Shown here: positions 10,501-19,249 of the stretch, one piece after another
Layout: each line of letters opens with the position of its first letter
Position numbering within the stretch: the first letter of the stretch is position 1
Source of the DNA: Patescibacteria group bacterium
Lineage (GTDB): Bacteria; Patescibacteriota; Minisyncoccia; Phycocordibacterales; UBA9973
Assembly (NCBI GenBank): GCA_038078255.1
Contig: JBBUEH010000002.1
Span: 7,534-71,533, forward strand
Direction of reading: 5' to 3'
DNA length: 64,000 nucleotides
Notes under the pieces: model-generated
Seen by the model: only the letters and a program-made list of their open reading frames with translations
What the model was told of the DNA's origin: nothing
Database searches by the model: none
Position numbers and translations under genes: made by a program

Positions 10501-11174
10501 AGATTTTTAAAAATAGAATAGATCGCTTCAGCGCCAATGTTGGCTTCAAAGCAAGTTCCGTATTTCAAAGAATAATGATGAAAAGAAATTTCATTAAGCA
10601 CTTTCCCTTCGTAGATTTCTCCAATTTCCTTTTTCGTAATGGAAAGTAAATTTTTCAATTTCTCTCGGGTATCGTCATCATTCGCATTTTTTAACTTCGC
10701 TTTGTATTCTTTATCTAAACCGGTCATTAATTTTTCTTTTTCTTCTTCGTGCACACGAGTTATGATGTAACCAGCAAAATATATTACCTTTTCAAGGTCC
10801 GAGACAGAAATGTTCAACAAGATGCTCATTCGAGAAGGCACCCCCCTTAAGAACCAAATATGCGACACCGGAGTAGAAAGTTCAATATGCCCCATTCGTT
10901 CTCGTCTGACTATCGAACGAGTCACTTCCACTCCGCATTTCTCGCAAATAATATCTTTGTAACGGATGCGGCGATATTTTCCACAATAACATTCATAATC
11001 TTTTTCCGGTCCGAATATTTTTTCATCAAAAAGACCCCCTCGCTCAGACCTCCCTGTACGATAATTTATCGTTTCGGGCTTGGTTACTTCGCCATAAGAC
11101 CATTCTTTAATCTGCTCCGGTGAAGCCAAACGAAGCGCAATACTATCAAAATCAGTGGTGTTTAAAGTTTTCAT
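7554..11174 (-). CDS. rpoC: DNA-directed RNA polymerase subunit beta'
   Basis: N-terminal Zn ribbon ([23 protein letters not shown]), [11 protein letters not shown] catalytic motif, 1206 aa. Confidence 0.95.
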
Positions 11175-11245
11175 GTTATTGTTTCTTTGCTTTTAATAAT
11201 AATTTCTTATTTTGTTAATCTACTCCACCTCCTTGACTTTTATAT

Positions 11246-11719
11246 TCATTGGTTTATACTATCCGTATTAGTGGCTTCGGCCTCCGAGAAAGCCCCCGCA
11301 AGGGGGTTTTCGATTTTAAGGAGATTTTGCAACATTATAATTACTTCTTTAAAATCTGCTTCAGATATAGAGCCTACTTTTCTTAACAATCTTTTTGTGC
11401 TTATTGCTTTTACTTGAGACAAAACAACCCAGGATTTTAACTCTGTATGATTTAGCTTAAAGTAATATTTATTATTTTTCCCTTGAGTTGTAAGTGGTAA
11501 CGCCCACACCATATCTGCATTAAATTTTTTTATAATTAACATTGGTCTTTCAAAGTTTTCATGTTTCCCATCTGATTCCACACCAATATTAAGCCCAGCG
11601 CTACACCACCATATTTCCCGAGCATAAAAGAAAAGCTCTGTGTTTACGCTTTTCGCATCTACAAACTTTTTCTCTATATTCCATTTATCAAAATCTTTTT
11701 TATATTCCATGGAATTCAC
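11246..11719 (-). CDS. MazF/PemK/EndoA-like endoribonuclease paralog 2 (GTG or ATG-11710 start), C-terminally extended by read-through into the hairpin element
   Basis: Clear paralog of 7163-7564 (W.I.KK, NIG.E.DGK..FERP.LI..KFN, PLT, KYY, VILSQV, KRLLR). Its C-terminal 20 aa (ENPLAGAFSEAEATNTD) are translated from the hairpin repeat at 11268-11330. Confidence 0.6.
   Translation of the reverse strand: MNSMEYKKDFDKWNIEKKFVDAKSVNTELFFYAREIWWCSAGLNIGVESDGKHENFERPMLIIKKFNADMVWALPLTTQGKNNKYYFKLNHTELKSWVVLSQVKAISTKRLLRKVGSISEADFKEVIIMLQNLLKIENPLAGAFSEAEATNTDSINQ
11286..11312. repeat. second copy of the GAGAAAGCCCCC-GCAA-GGGGGTTTTCG hairpin element (inside the 3' end of ORF 11246-11719)
   Basis: About 90% identical to 7118-7170 and in the same position relative to the MazF-like paralog. 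Confidence 0.55.
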
Positions 11720-11721
11720 TG

Positions 11722-12357
11722 TTATTTTGTAAATTTAAAAGTGGAAAGAACATCATCAAAATCTTGCCAAACTCGTTCGGTCTTACTATCTCCGCCAGTA
11801 TCCAACAAAAAGATCACTTTATTATTTTCAATAATTACTGTTTTCCCATAACCCAATCCCTCCCATGAATAACTAATGGCCTTATGTTCAGCCAAGGTTT
11901 TATTTTCAAAATCAGCAAAACCATCTCCATTATAATTTGAAAAACTTCTATTGTATTCATCTTCTGCCCAATCTATGAGTGAAAGTTGCTTAGAATTATC
12001 CCACACGCCTATACTTATACTTGATAAAGGACCATATCCACCCTCTCCAGGACCGATTGTTGTACTATCAAGGATCACTGTAAACAAGCTTCCTCGAACT
12101 GTAGACTTGTCAAAAATCCTAATTGTATAAACTGGTGGATAACTGAACTCAAATTTGTATTGATCATTTCTATATATTTGCCAAGTTGATGTTACATCCT
12201 GTCGTGGAAAATAAACTTTATTTATCGTACAATCACGTGTGTGTTCGCCAAAGAAAGGTGCATTGCAGGTTCCTCGAACACCCCAAACTCCAAGATACAC
12301 CAGAGCTAGTAAACCAAGTATTTGCATGTAAGGAATATTTTTAAAATAATTTTTCAT
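11722..12357 (-). CDS. secreted/membrane-anchored hypothetical protein ending ...VLSTFKFTK, inserted between rpoB and rpoC
   Basis: N-terminal signal/transmembrane segment (MKNYFKNIPYMQILGLLALVYLGVWGV). The C-terminal nonapeptide and downstream junction are shared with 6792-7079; an NGDGF motif is also shared. Confidence 0.45.
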   Translation of the reverse strand: MKNYFKNIPYMQILGLLALVYLGVWGVRGTCNAPFFGEHTRDCTINKVYFPRQDVTSTWQIYRNDQYKFEFSYPPVYTIRIFDKSTVRGSLFTVILDSTTIGPGEGGYGPLSSISIGVWDNSKQLSLIDWAEDEYNRSFSNYNGDGFADFENKTLAEHKAISYSWEGLGYGKTVIIENNKVIFLLDTGGDSKTERVWQDFDDVLSTFKFTK

Positions 12358-12367
12358 ATTTTTTCAA

Positions 12368-15300
12368 TTAATTTTTCCCTGATTTTCTAAGATCGACATC
12401 CAGCGCCAAGCCCCGCAGATAATTTAGAAGCACATTGAACGAGGCGGGAGAATTCGGCGGTCGAATCGTTTCATTTTTAATAATGGAATCAAAGGTTGCT
12501 GATCGGCCTTGAATGTCATCTGATTTAATCGTCAGCATTTCACGCAAAGTATAAGCCGCCCCATAACCTTCGAGCGCCCAGACTTCCATTTCTCCAAATC
12601 TCTGTCCTCCGCCTTGAGCTTTTCCGCCCAAGGGTTGCTGGGTAATGAGAGAGTAAGGACCAATCGAACGCATATGAATTTTATCCTCTACCATGTGATG
12701 CAGTTTAAGCATGTACATATATCCTACTGCGACATCTTGCTCGAAAGCCTCCCCCGTCCGTCCATCAAAGAGTTTCACTTTTCCAGATTCTGGCAGTCCC
12801 GCTTTTACTAATTCTTCTTTTATTTCTTCGTGCTTCGCTCCCAGAAAGGGCGGAACGATAGCCTGATAACCCAAACTATTCGCCGCCATCCCAAGGTGCA
12901 TTTCTAAAATTTGCCCCAAGTTCATCCGAGAAGGAACACCAAGGGGTGAGAGAATAATATCAACCGGTGTGCCGTCAGCAGTGTAAGGCATGTCTTCTTC
13001 TGGTAAAATCGTGGAGATCACCCCCTTGTTCCCATGTCGTCCAGAGAGCTTGTCTCCGACTGAAATATTTCTAATCTGCGCCACTTCAATCACGATTTTT
13101 TTTATAATTCCCGCTTCCAGCGAATGTCCCAGATCACGAGAAAAGATCTTTACCCCAATAATTCTTCCTCGTTTGCCATGTTCCATTCGAAGCGAAGTAT
13201 CTTTCACATCCCGAGCTTTCTCCGCAAAGATTGAACGAAGCAATCGTTCTTCGGGAGTCAGTTCCGTTTCACCTTTAGGAGTAATCTTGCCCACCAAAAT
13301 ATCATTTTCCCGAACCTCTGCTCCAATACGAACGACGCCATCTTCATCCAGATCTTTCAATTTTAATTCTCCGACATTCGGTATATCTCGAGTAGTAATT
13401 TCAGGTCCCAACTTTGTATCCCGAACGACGGAAGTAAATTCTTCAACATAAACAGAAGTGAATTTGCTCTTTTTAACCAGTCGTTCCGAAACAATGATCG
13501 CATCTTCGTAAGTTGATCCAGACCAAGACAAAAAAGCCACAAAAATATTCTGACCCAAGGAAATTTGTCCACCGACTGTACTGCTAGTGTCTGCTAAGAC
13601 GGCCCCTTTCTTTATTTTGTCGCCGACATCCACAGAAGGTCGTTGATGAAACACAGAAAAGTTGTTATTCCGTATAAAATTTACTAAAGAATAAGTCTTT
13701 TCCGTTTTTCCTTTCACCACAATTTTTTTCGCATCTAAATACGAGACCACACCATCTTCTTCTGCTAAAATCAATCGCCCAGAATCTCGGGAAGCTAACT
13801 CTTCCATCCCTGTCGCCACCAAGGGCGCTTCGGGGAGAACACAAGGCACCGCTTGCTTCTGCATGTTTGATCCCATTAGAGCGCGATTGGCATTGTTGTG
13901 TTCTAAAAACGGAATCATCGAGGTCGCAATAGAGAAAGCTTGGTTGGTCGCCACATCAATAAAGTCCACTTCTTCCCGAGCGACAGTACCCGGTTCTGTT
14001 TTAATTCGAGCTTCTACTTTTTCCTCGGTTATTTTGCCATTTTCATCATAGGGAACCCCCGCATGCGCAATATTATATTTTTCTTCCTCCAGCGCATTCA
14101 GATACACCACCTCTCCAGTCAATTTCCCATTCTTCACCTTGATATAAGGAGTTTCAATAATTCCAAATTCATTTATTTTGGCATAAGTAGATAAGTGCAG
14201 AATCAGTCCAATGTTCGGACCTTCAGGAGTATGAATCGGACACACTCTTCCATAGTGCGAAGGATGCACATCCCGAACTTCGAGCCCTGCTCGTTCCCGA
14301 GTCAATCCGCCGGGGCCGAGCGCCGAGAGCTGTCTAATGTGCTCTGTTTCCACCAACACATTTTCTTGATTCATAAATTGAGAAAGCTGGTTGGTAGTGA
14401 AAAATTCTTTGATACGAGCTTGGAGTGGTCGCTGGTTGATAATAGCGATAGGCATCGCTGTATCCACATCAATAATAGACATTCTGTCTTGAACATTTCT
14501 CTTGATCTGCATCATACCCGTACGGACTTTCTGTTGCAGTATTTCACCCACAAATCGCACCCGCCTCTGACCCAAATGGTCAATGTCGTCGCTCTTTGCT
14601 CCTGGAGTATTGTTCAAAGAAATAATGTGCATGATGACAGTGGCTAGATCTTCTTTAGAAATAGTACGACGAAGAAGAGCTTGTTCATCCATGGGCTTAT
14701 TAAATCGCTGATTAAATCTAAATCTACCAACCGGAGAAAGGTCATATCGCTCAGCGGTAAACAAAGAATCAATAAATTCTTTAGCATTATCAGCTGTGGC
14801 CATATCTCCATCTCTGAGACGCTTATATATTTCTATATAGGCATCGTTTATATTTTTTAGTCCATCTTTCGCCAAACAAATCTTTATTGTTTCTTCAAAA
14901 TTCGAACTTAATTCTGTTTTACCACTGAATGCCTTTAAAATAGCTTCATCCGTCTCATAACCCATCGCCCGCAGGAGCGCAGTTGCGGGGAATTTTCTTT
15001 TTTTATCTATTCTGATATAAATTGCCCCATCAGATTCGGACTCTATCTCAATCCAAACTCCCCGAGCTGGAATAATTTTTGCTCCAAAATATCTGTTCCC
15101 CTTACTTTCGGATTCAGTAAAGAAAACTCCGAAGCTTCTCGCTAGTTGTGGAACGATGACCCGCTCTACGCCATTGATGATAAAAGTCCCATGCGAAGTC
15201 ATTAAAGGAAAATCCGACATGAAAATTTCTTGCTCCTTCACTGTGCCTAAGATTTTATTAGTCAATTTTACCCGCGCTTTCAACTGCCCCTGATAGGAGA

Positions 15301-15547
15301 GCTTATTTATTTTTGCATTATTTTCGTCTTGCTTAGACTCACCTAGTGTGAAAGAAGTAAATTCCAGTTGAAATTTCTTGGAAGAATAATCACTAATGGG
15401 AGAAAATTCTTTTAAAACTTCGCCGATGCCGATCTCGGTCAGCCACTTGAAACTCTTGACTTGAGCTTCAATTAAATTAGGAAATTCCACGAGGGGCTTT
15501 TTATACCTCCCAAAATATTTCTTCGGACGCTTTGTATCTATATGCAT
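12368..15547 (-). CDS. rpoB: DNA-directed RNA polymerase subunit beta
   Basis: GDKLSGRHGNKGVIS and other conserved RpoB blocks; 1059 aa. Confidence 0.95.
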   Translation of the reverse strand: MHIDTKRPKKYFGRYKKPLVEFPNLIEAQVKSFKWLTEIGIGEVLKEFSPISDYSSKKFQLEFTSFTLGESKQDENNAKINKLSYQGQLKARVKLTNKILGTVKEQEIFMSDFPLMTSHGTFIINGVERVIVPQLARSFGVFFTESESKGNRYFGAKIIPARGVWIEIESESDGAIYIRIDKKRKFPATALLRAMGYETDEAILKAFSGKTELSSNFEETIKICLAKDGLKNINDAYIEIYKRLRDGDMATADNAKEFIDSLFTAERYDLSPVGRFRFNQRFNKPMDEQALLRRTISKEDLATVIMHIISLNNTPGAKSDDIDHLGQRRVRFVGEILQQKVRTGMMQIKRNVQDRMSIIDVDTAMPIAIINQRPLQARIKEFFTTNQLSQFMNQENVLVETEHIRQLSALGPGGLTRERAGLEVRDVHPSHYGRVCPIHTPEGPNIGLILHLSTYAKINEFGIIETPYIKVKNGKLTGEVVYLNALEEEKYNIAHAGVPYDENGKITEEKVEARIKTEPGTVAREEVDFIDVATNQAFSIATSMIPFLEHNNANRALMGSNMQKQAVPCVLPEAPLVATGMEELASRDSGRLILAEEDGVVSYLDAKKIVVKGKTEKTYSLVNFIRNNNFSVFHQRPSVDVGDKIKKGAVLADTSSTVGGQISLGQNIFVAFLSWSGSTYEDAIIVSERLVKKSKFTSVYVEEFTSVVRDTKLGPEITTRDIPNVGELKLKDLDEDGVVRIGAEVRENDILVGKITPKGETELTPEERLLRSIFAEKARDVKDTSLRMEHGKRGRIIGVKIFSRDLGHSLEAGIIKKIVIEVAQIRNISVGDKLSGRHGNKGVISTILPEEDMPYTADGTPVDIILSPLGVPSRMNLGQILEMHLGMAANSLGYQAIVPPFLGAKHEEIKEELVKAGLPESGKVKLFDGRTGEAFEQDVAVGYMYMLKLHHMVEDKIHMRSIGPYSLITQQPLGGKAQGGGQRFGEMEVWALEGYGAAYTLREMLTIKSDDIQGRSATFDSIIKNETIRPPNSPASFNVLLNYLRGLALDVDLRKSGKN

Positions 15548-15674
15548 AAATTAAAAAAGGGCCAATTATTTTATAGCCAGCTTATAATTAATAAGGAGAT
15601 TGCATCCGATACTCAATCAATGAATCTCAACCAGCCTACTCTATTTACTATTTTTTGTCAACTAATTTTGTGAA

Positions 15675-16325
15675 TTAAGTTTTTGGTTGATATTTTTCCA
15701 GCCGCCAATCTAAAGATAATTTTTCAGCTAATTCTGGATCGACTGGATGGCGTTCAAATAAATTTTTATCCAAATTGAAGTTGGAATCATATTGAATAAG
15801 TGCACCTTGTGGATGCAAAACTCTCTCCATTTCCTCCACTACACTATCCGCATATTCTTTTTGCATTACAGATTCTAGCTGACTAGCAAAAATACTGACA
15901 CTTTTATCTGGCAACCTTCTTAAAAAACTCAACGCATCCGCCTTCACTGCCGTACGGGCAATTTGAGATAATAAATAGTGTGAAGTAGCCTGTTCAGCTT
16001 CTTCTAGGAATTGTTTTAGATTATCCACAAAATCATATGGTTCAACTCCTATGTACGCTTTTGCTCCAGAAAGTAAGACTACTTGGTAACCTGTTAATAA
16101 CTCGCCAGGCCCAATTTCCACAACAATTTGCCCCTTGAAAGGTTTAAAGAACTCTTGCAACTCAGGACTTTTACGCAACCCCTCCCTAATTTGAGCAGAC
16201 ACATTAGCCGGTTTGAGTGATCTGTATAATTCTTTTGGTTCCAATGGAAGAGGAGGTCTTATGTTTGGAATAATCGCCTCAACAGCAACAACACCAGATT
16301 CATTTGTTATCTTTTTTCCTTCCAT
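15675..16325 (-). CDS. hypothetical protein, possibly class I SAM-dependent methyltransferase-like
   Basis: [12 protein letters not shown] resembles methyltransferase motif I; there is no other recognisable signature. Confidence 0.3.
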   Translation of the reverse strand: MEGKKITNESGVVAVEAIIPNIRPPLPLEPKELYRSLKPANVSAQIREGLRKSPELQEFFKPFKGQIVVEIGPGELLTGYQVVLLSGAKAYIGVEPYDFVDNLKQFLEEAEQATSHYLLSQIARTAVKADALSFLRRLPDKSVSIFASQLESVMQKEYADSVVEEMERVLHPQGALIQYDSNFNLDKNLFERHPVDPELAEKLSLDWRLEKYQPKT

Positions 16326-16507
16326 TGGTTTATTTTAGCATGATTCCCAGAAAGTAAAACTTTCGGAACTTTATAATTTTTGCCACGGTATTTTAGAACT
16401 TCCGGTCGAGTGTAAACTTCGCTAGTAGATATGCGTTCTTCTTCTAGAGATTCATATCTGCCCAGGACTCCCGGAATCTGGCGTGAAATTGAGTCTATCA
16501 GAACCAT
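16307..16507 (-). pseudogene. orphan 3'-terminal fragment of trmD (diverged duplicate of the 3' end of the intact trmD at 19250-19951)
   Basis: Protein [55 protein letters not shown] matches the TrmD C-terminus. It is about 88% nucleotide identical over about 195 nt to 19283-19476. Confidence 0.75.
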
Positions 16508-16709
16508 CGCTGGAAGTTCGCCACCGGTACAAGGTGGGTCTGGAAACCTTAAACGCTTCTTTGGTTGCTAGATCCCCATACTTCTCCCAGAAAGCTAGAA
16601 CCCGGCACCTTTCTTTTGCTTGTTCGGTAATCATATACCGAAATCGTAGCACTCTTTGCCAGATGGTGATGAAGCCCTTGGTTCCTTTAAATTTGTTAAA
16701 TTGTCGCAT
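16452..16709 (-). pseudogene. transposase N-terminal helix-turn-helix remnant (IS3/IS481-like) running out of frame into the trmD fragment
   Basis: [26 protein letters not shown] is a typical transposase HTH. There is no catalytic domain and the frame collides with the trmD fragment. Confidence 0.45.
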
Positions 16710-16775
16710 TCTCCTTTTTGATTAAAGGAGTCTCATATGTATCTGAACTTATGCAATGCAGACTGGGGATTAAAT

Positions 16776-16813
16776 AATTACCTAACTTTTCCGACCAGTA
16801 GAATTGGGTAATT
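16776..16813. repeat. hairpin repeat AATTACCTAA-N18-TTGGGTAATT (copy 1 of 2; copy 2 at 18103-18140)
   Basis: 10-bp inverted repeat arms. The two copies share about 36 of 38 nt and both sit at 3' ends of island genes, so they are probably terminators. Confidence 0.5.
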
Positions 16814-17407
16814 TTATATTTTCACTGACCGGAATAAATCTATGATCGACACCACATATTTATCTACTTCTTCCATATATAAAACTTTTTCAGATAAAGA
16901 TAATTGGTGAAAATTTTTAGATTTAATAAAAATAGATAATTTTTCCTGTAAAGTTTTAATTTCCGATTTTAATTGATTATCTTCAGTAAACTCAATAATA
17001 GCTCCCACATAATTGAAAATAGACTGAAGGCGATTTACCCGCAATTTACTTTTTTCTCTTAATTGATAATACACTTTATAATCATCAGGGGCTTCTGTTT
17101 CTAGTCTTTCAGAAAAAGCTTTTCTTGATTCATGATCTTTGTCAAAACCATCAATTAAAATAACTGATTGGTGATTTAAAATTTCTAACAGACCTTCTAT
17201 GTATCTCAATATTTGCACTGGTGACTGAGGTATTGTAAATTGTGTGAACTTAGGATTAAAATCTTTTTCATAGATCACAATGTTCCTATCAGCAATTTTC
17301 ACTGTTTCCTTTAGCTTATAGCCACAAGTTTCCATGGTTTGTTCAAACTCACTCTTTGGTTGTGCTTCTCCTGGGTTCATATTTCTATTATAACTCTTTA
17401 TTTCCAC
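16814..17407 (-). CDS. hypothetical protein (island cargo)
   Basis: 197-aa ORF with good coding statistics and no recognisable domain. Confidence 0.4.
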   Translation of the reverse strand: MEIKSYNRNMNPGEAQPKSEFEQTMETCGYKLKETVKIADRNIVIYEKDFNPKFTQFTIPQSPVQILRYIEGLLEILNHQSVILIDGFDKDHESRKAFSERLETEAPDDYKVYYQLREKSKLRVNRLQSIFNYVGAIIEFTEDNQLKSEIKTLQEKLSIFIKSKNFHQLSLSEKVLYMEEVDKYVVSIIDLFRSVKI

Positions 17408-17444
17408 CTATTCCACGCATAGATAATACTGTGGATAACTATCC

Positions 17445-17473
17445 TTGCATATAATTTGTACATTTTGTACAAT
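17445..17473 (+). promoter_or_regulatory. putative sigma-70 promoter (TTGCAT -17- TACAAT) with two TGTACA palindromic operator half-sites overlapping the spacer and -10; leaderless start at 17482
   Basis: TTGCAT at 17445-17450 and TACAAT at 17468-17473. TGTACA occurs at 17457-17462 and 17466-17471, a typical toxin-antitoxin autoregulation layout. Confidence 0.4.
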
Positions 17474-17481
17474 ATATACAT

Positions 17482-17730
17482 ATGACCACAAAAACATTAT
17501 CTACAACAGAAGCAAGGGAAAGGATAAGCGACTTGGTAAATATCGTGTCTACGAGTCGTAAATCTATCGTCATCGGTCGTAGAAATGTACCCGAAGTGGT
17601 GCTTATTCCCTTTCCTGCATTTTGGAATGGTAAACTATCTGAAATAACAAACATAAACTCATATTCTAAAAGTTTTGACTTTCTAAAAAACGAACCTGAA
17701 ATTTATTCTATTAAAGATATTAAAAAATAG
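17482..17730 (+). CDS. Phd/YefM-family antitoxin
   Basis: TLSTTEARERISDLVNIVSTSRKSIVIGRRNVPEVVLIPF matches the Phd/YefM N-terminal fold; the stop is 2 nt before the toxin start. Confidence 0.65.
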   Translation: MTTKTLSTTEARERISDLVNIVSTSRKSIVIGRRNVPEVVLIPFPAFWNGKLSEITNINSYSKSFDFLKNEPEIYSIKDIKK

Positions 17731-17732
17731 AA

Positions 17733-18074
17733 ATGTATAAAATTGGAGATATAATCTTGACACCTTTCCCATTTACAGATCTTTCAGGAAACAAAGTTCG
17801 TCCTACCCTAATACTAGGCACGCAACCAGGTGGCGATGATGTTACAGTTTGTTTTATTTCTTCTAATTTAGAAAATAAAATTCATAAATTTAATATTTTA
17901 ATAGATTTAAAAGAAAAAAATTTTAGTAAAACTGGATTAAAATTAAAATCAGTTATTAAAGTAACGAAAATCGCCACTCTGGACAAAATAGTTATTCTGG
18001 GAAAAATCGGAGAATTAGATAATGAAACTATGAATAAGGTAGGGAAAGTTTTAAAAACTTATTTAAATCTATAA
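17733..18074 (+). CDS. PemK/MazF-family toxin (mRNA interferase)
   Basis: GDIILTPFPFTDLSGNKVRPTLILG...VTVCFISSN is the PemK/MazF signature. It is translationally coupled to the upstream antitoxin. Confidence 0.7.
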   Translation: MYKIGDIILTPFPFTDLSGNKVRPTLILGTQPGGDDVTVCFISSNLENKIHKFNILIDLKEKNFSKTGLKLKSVIKVTKIATLDKIVILGKIGELDNETMNKVGKVLKTYLNL

Positions 18075-18102
18075 TGCTTATATATCTTAATTTGGTCAAA
18101 CT

Positions 18103-18140
18103 AATTACCTAACTTTTCCAGTCAGCAGAATTAGGTAATT
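18103..18140. repeat. hairpin repeat AATTACCTAA-N18-TTAGGTAATT (copy 2), between convergent genes
   Basis: See 16776-16813. Confidence 0.5.
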
Positions 18141-19219
18141 TAAAATTTCATTTCTTTTAATTTATTTTTGTATAACTCCCAGATTTTTTCCTCAGTCTTC
18201 CCGTATTCATCTTTGTTAAAATGTCTCCAGTTGTTTGATTTGAGTTCTTGTTGGAATTGATTGAAGTCCAAAGATAATAAATAAGCCTTGCGTTTTTTAA
18301 AGAAATCGGTAGGCAAGCTTCCGCTTTTTAACAAATCCCAACATTCTTGATTGACAAGACCATAAGTATTACTAAACATCATCTGTTGCAGAAATAAAAT
18401 TTTTCTTTGAATAATTTCGTCAGTTTTACACCTCTTCCAGACATCGCTTGAATTATTCATCATCGCAGAAAATAGTGACGCCCTATCTTCTAAAGTACTT
18501 GTCTGAGCATATATGTCGATAAATCCTTTTTTGTTTTCCACAAGTTTATCAGTAGCATAAGCACCCGACTCATCTAAACCTAGCCATTCCAAGCGTCGAT
18601 TTTTATCTAAAAGACGATTGTCAAGCACATGAAAAAATTCATGATCAAAAGTTTTATTAAAAGGTTGTTTTTCATTCCAACCGAAAATTCTGCTTTTATT
18701 TAAGGGTCCTTCTGAAATTTCTATAAATATTTCAGACCCCTCATCACATGTTATTCCTTCTACATTACCACCACCATCGAGTAGATTATCAGCAATAAAA
18801 ATTGACCTAATATTCATCCTTCTAACAAATTCAAGGGGATATCTAGAAAATCCTTGGATTATATAATCCAGCGCTCTGTCATATTTTGATAAAGAATTTT
18901 TTTCATCTATACCGGAAATTTCCTGACCTAAGATTTTTCTTAATGACTGTTCTAATTCTTCTAAATCATTGAATTTTGATTTAACTTTTATCCCATACAT
19001 TTCCTTTATTAAAGAAGTTTTCTTTTCTATTTGTTCTAGAAGTGACTTTTCAAGAAATGTATCTTTGGCTTTGTCAACTGCCGAAGGCCCACCAACACCA
19101 AGAATCCCAGTCCCTGCTGCGACAGCCCCGGCTTTCAAAAAACCACGTCTAGAAATCAATGGCTTTTTAGGTTCTTTTTCTTCTTCAGAATCATATTTTA
19201 CTCCGAATAATTCTGGCAT
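18140..19219 (-). CDS. putative Tat-exported zinc metallopeptidase-like protein (HExxH)
   Basis: N-terminal twin-arginine motif SRRGFLKAGAVAAGTGILG and an HEFFH (HExxH) motif; no close family recognised. Confidence 0.4.
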   Translation of the reverse strand: MPELFGVKYDSEEEKEPKKPLISRRGFLKAGAVAAGTGILGVGGPSAVDKAKDTFLEKSLLEQIEKKTSLIKEMYGIKVKSKFNDLEELEQSLRKILGQEISGIDEKNSLSKYDRALDYIIQGFSRYPLEFVRRMNIRSIFIADNLLDGGGNVEGITCDEGSEIFIEISEGPLNKSRIFGWNEKQPFNKTFDHEFFHVLDNRLLDKNRRLEWLGLDESGAYATDKLVENKKGFIDIYAQTSTLEDRASLFSAMMNNSSDVWKRCKTDEIIQRKILFLQQMMFSNTYGLVNQECWDLLKSGSLPTDFFKKRKAYLLSLDFNQFQQELKSNNWRHFNKDEYGKTEEKIWELYKNKLKEMKF

Positions 19220-19249
19220 TTTTTTATTATACTATAAGTCTGTTAATTT

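Noticed and set aside
12614-14647. Plus-strand ORFs inside rpoB (12614-12811, 12990-13451, 13363-13572, 13863-14647)
   Set aside because: They are antisense to a strongly conserved gene and have no independent signals.
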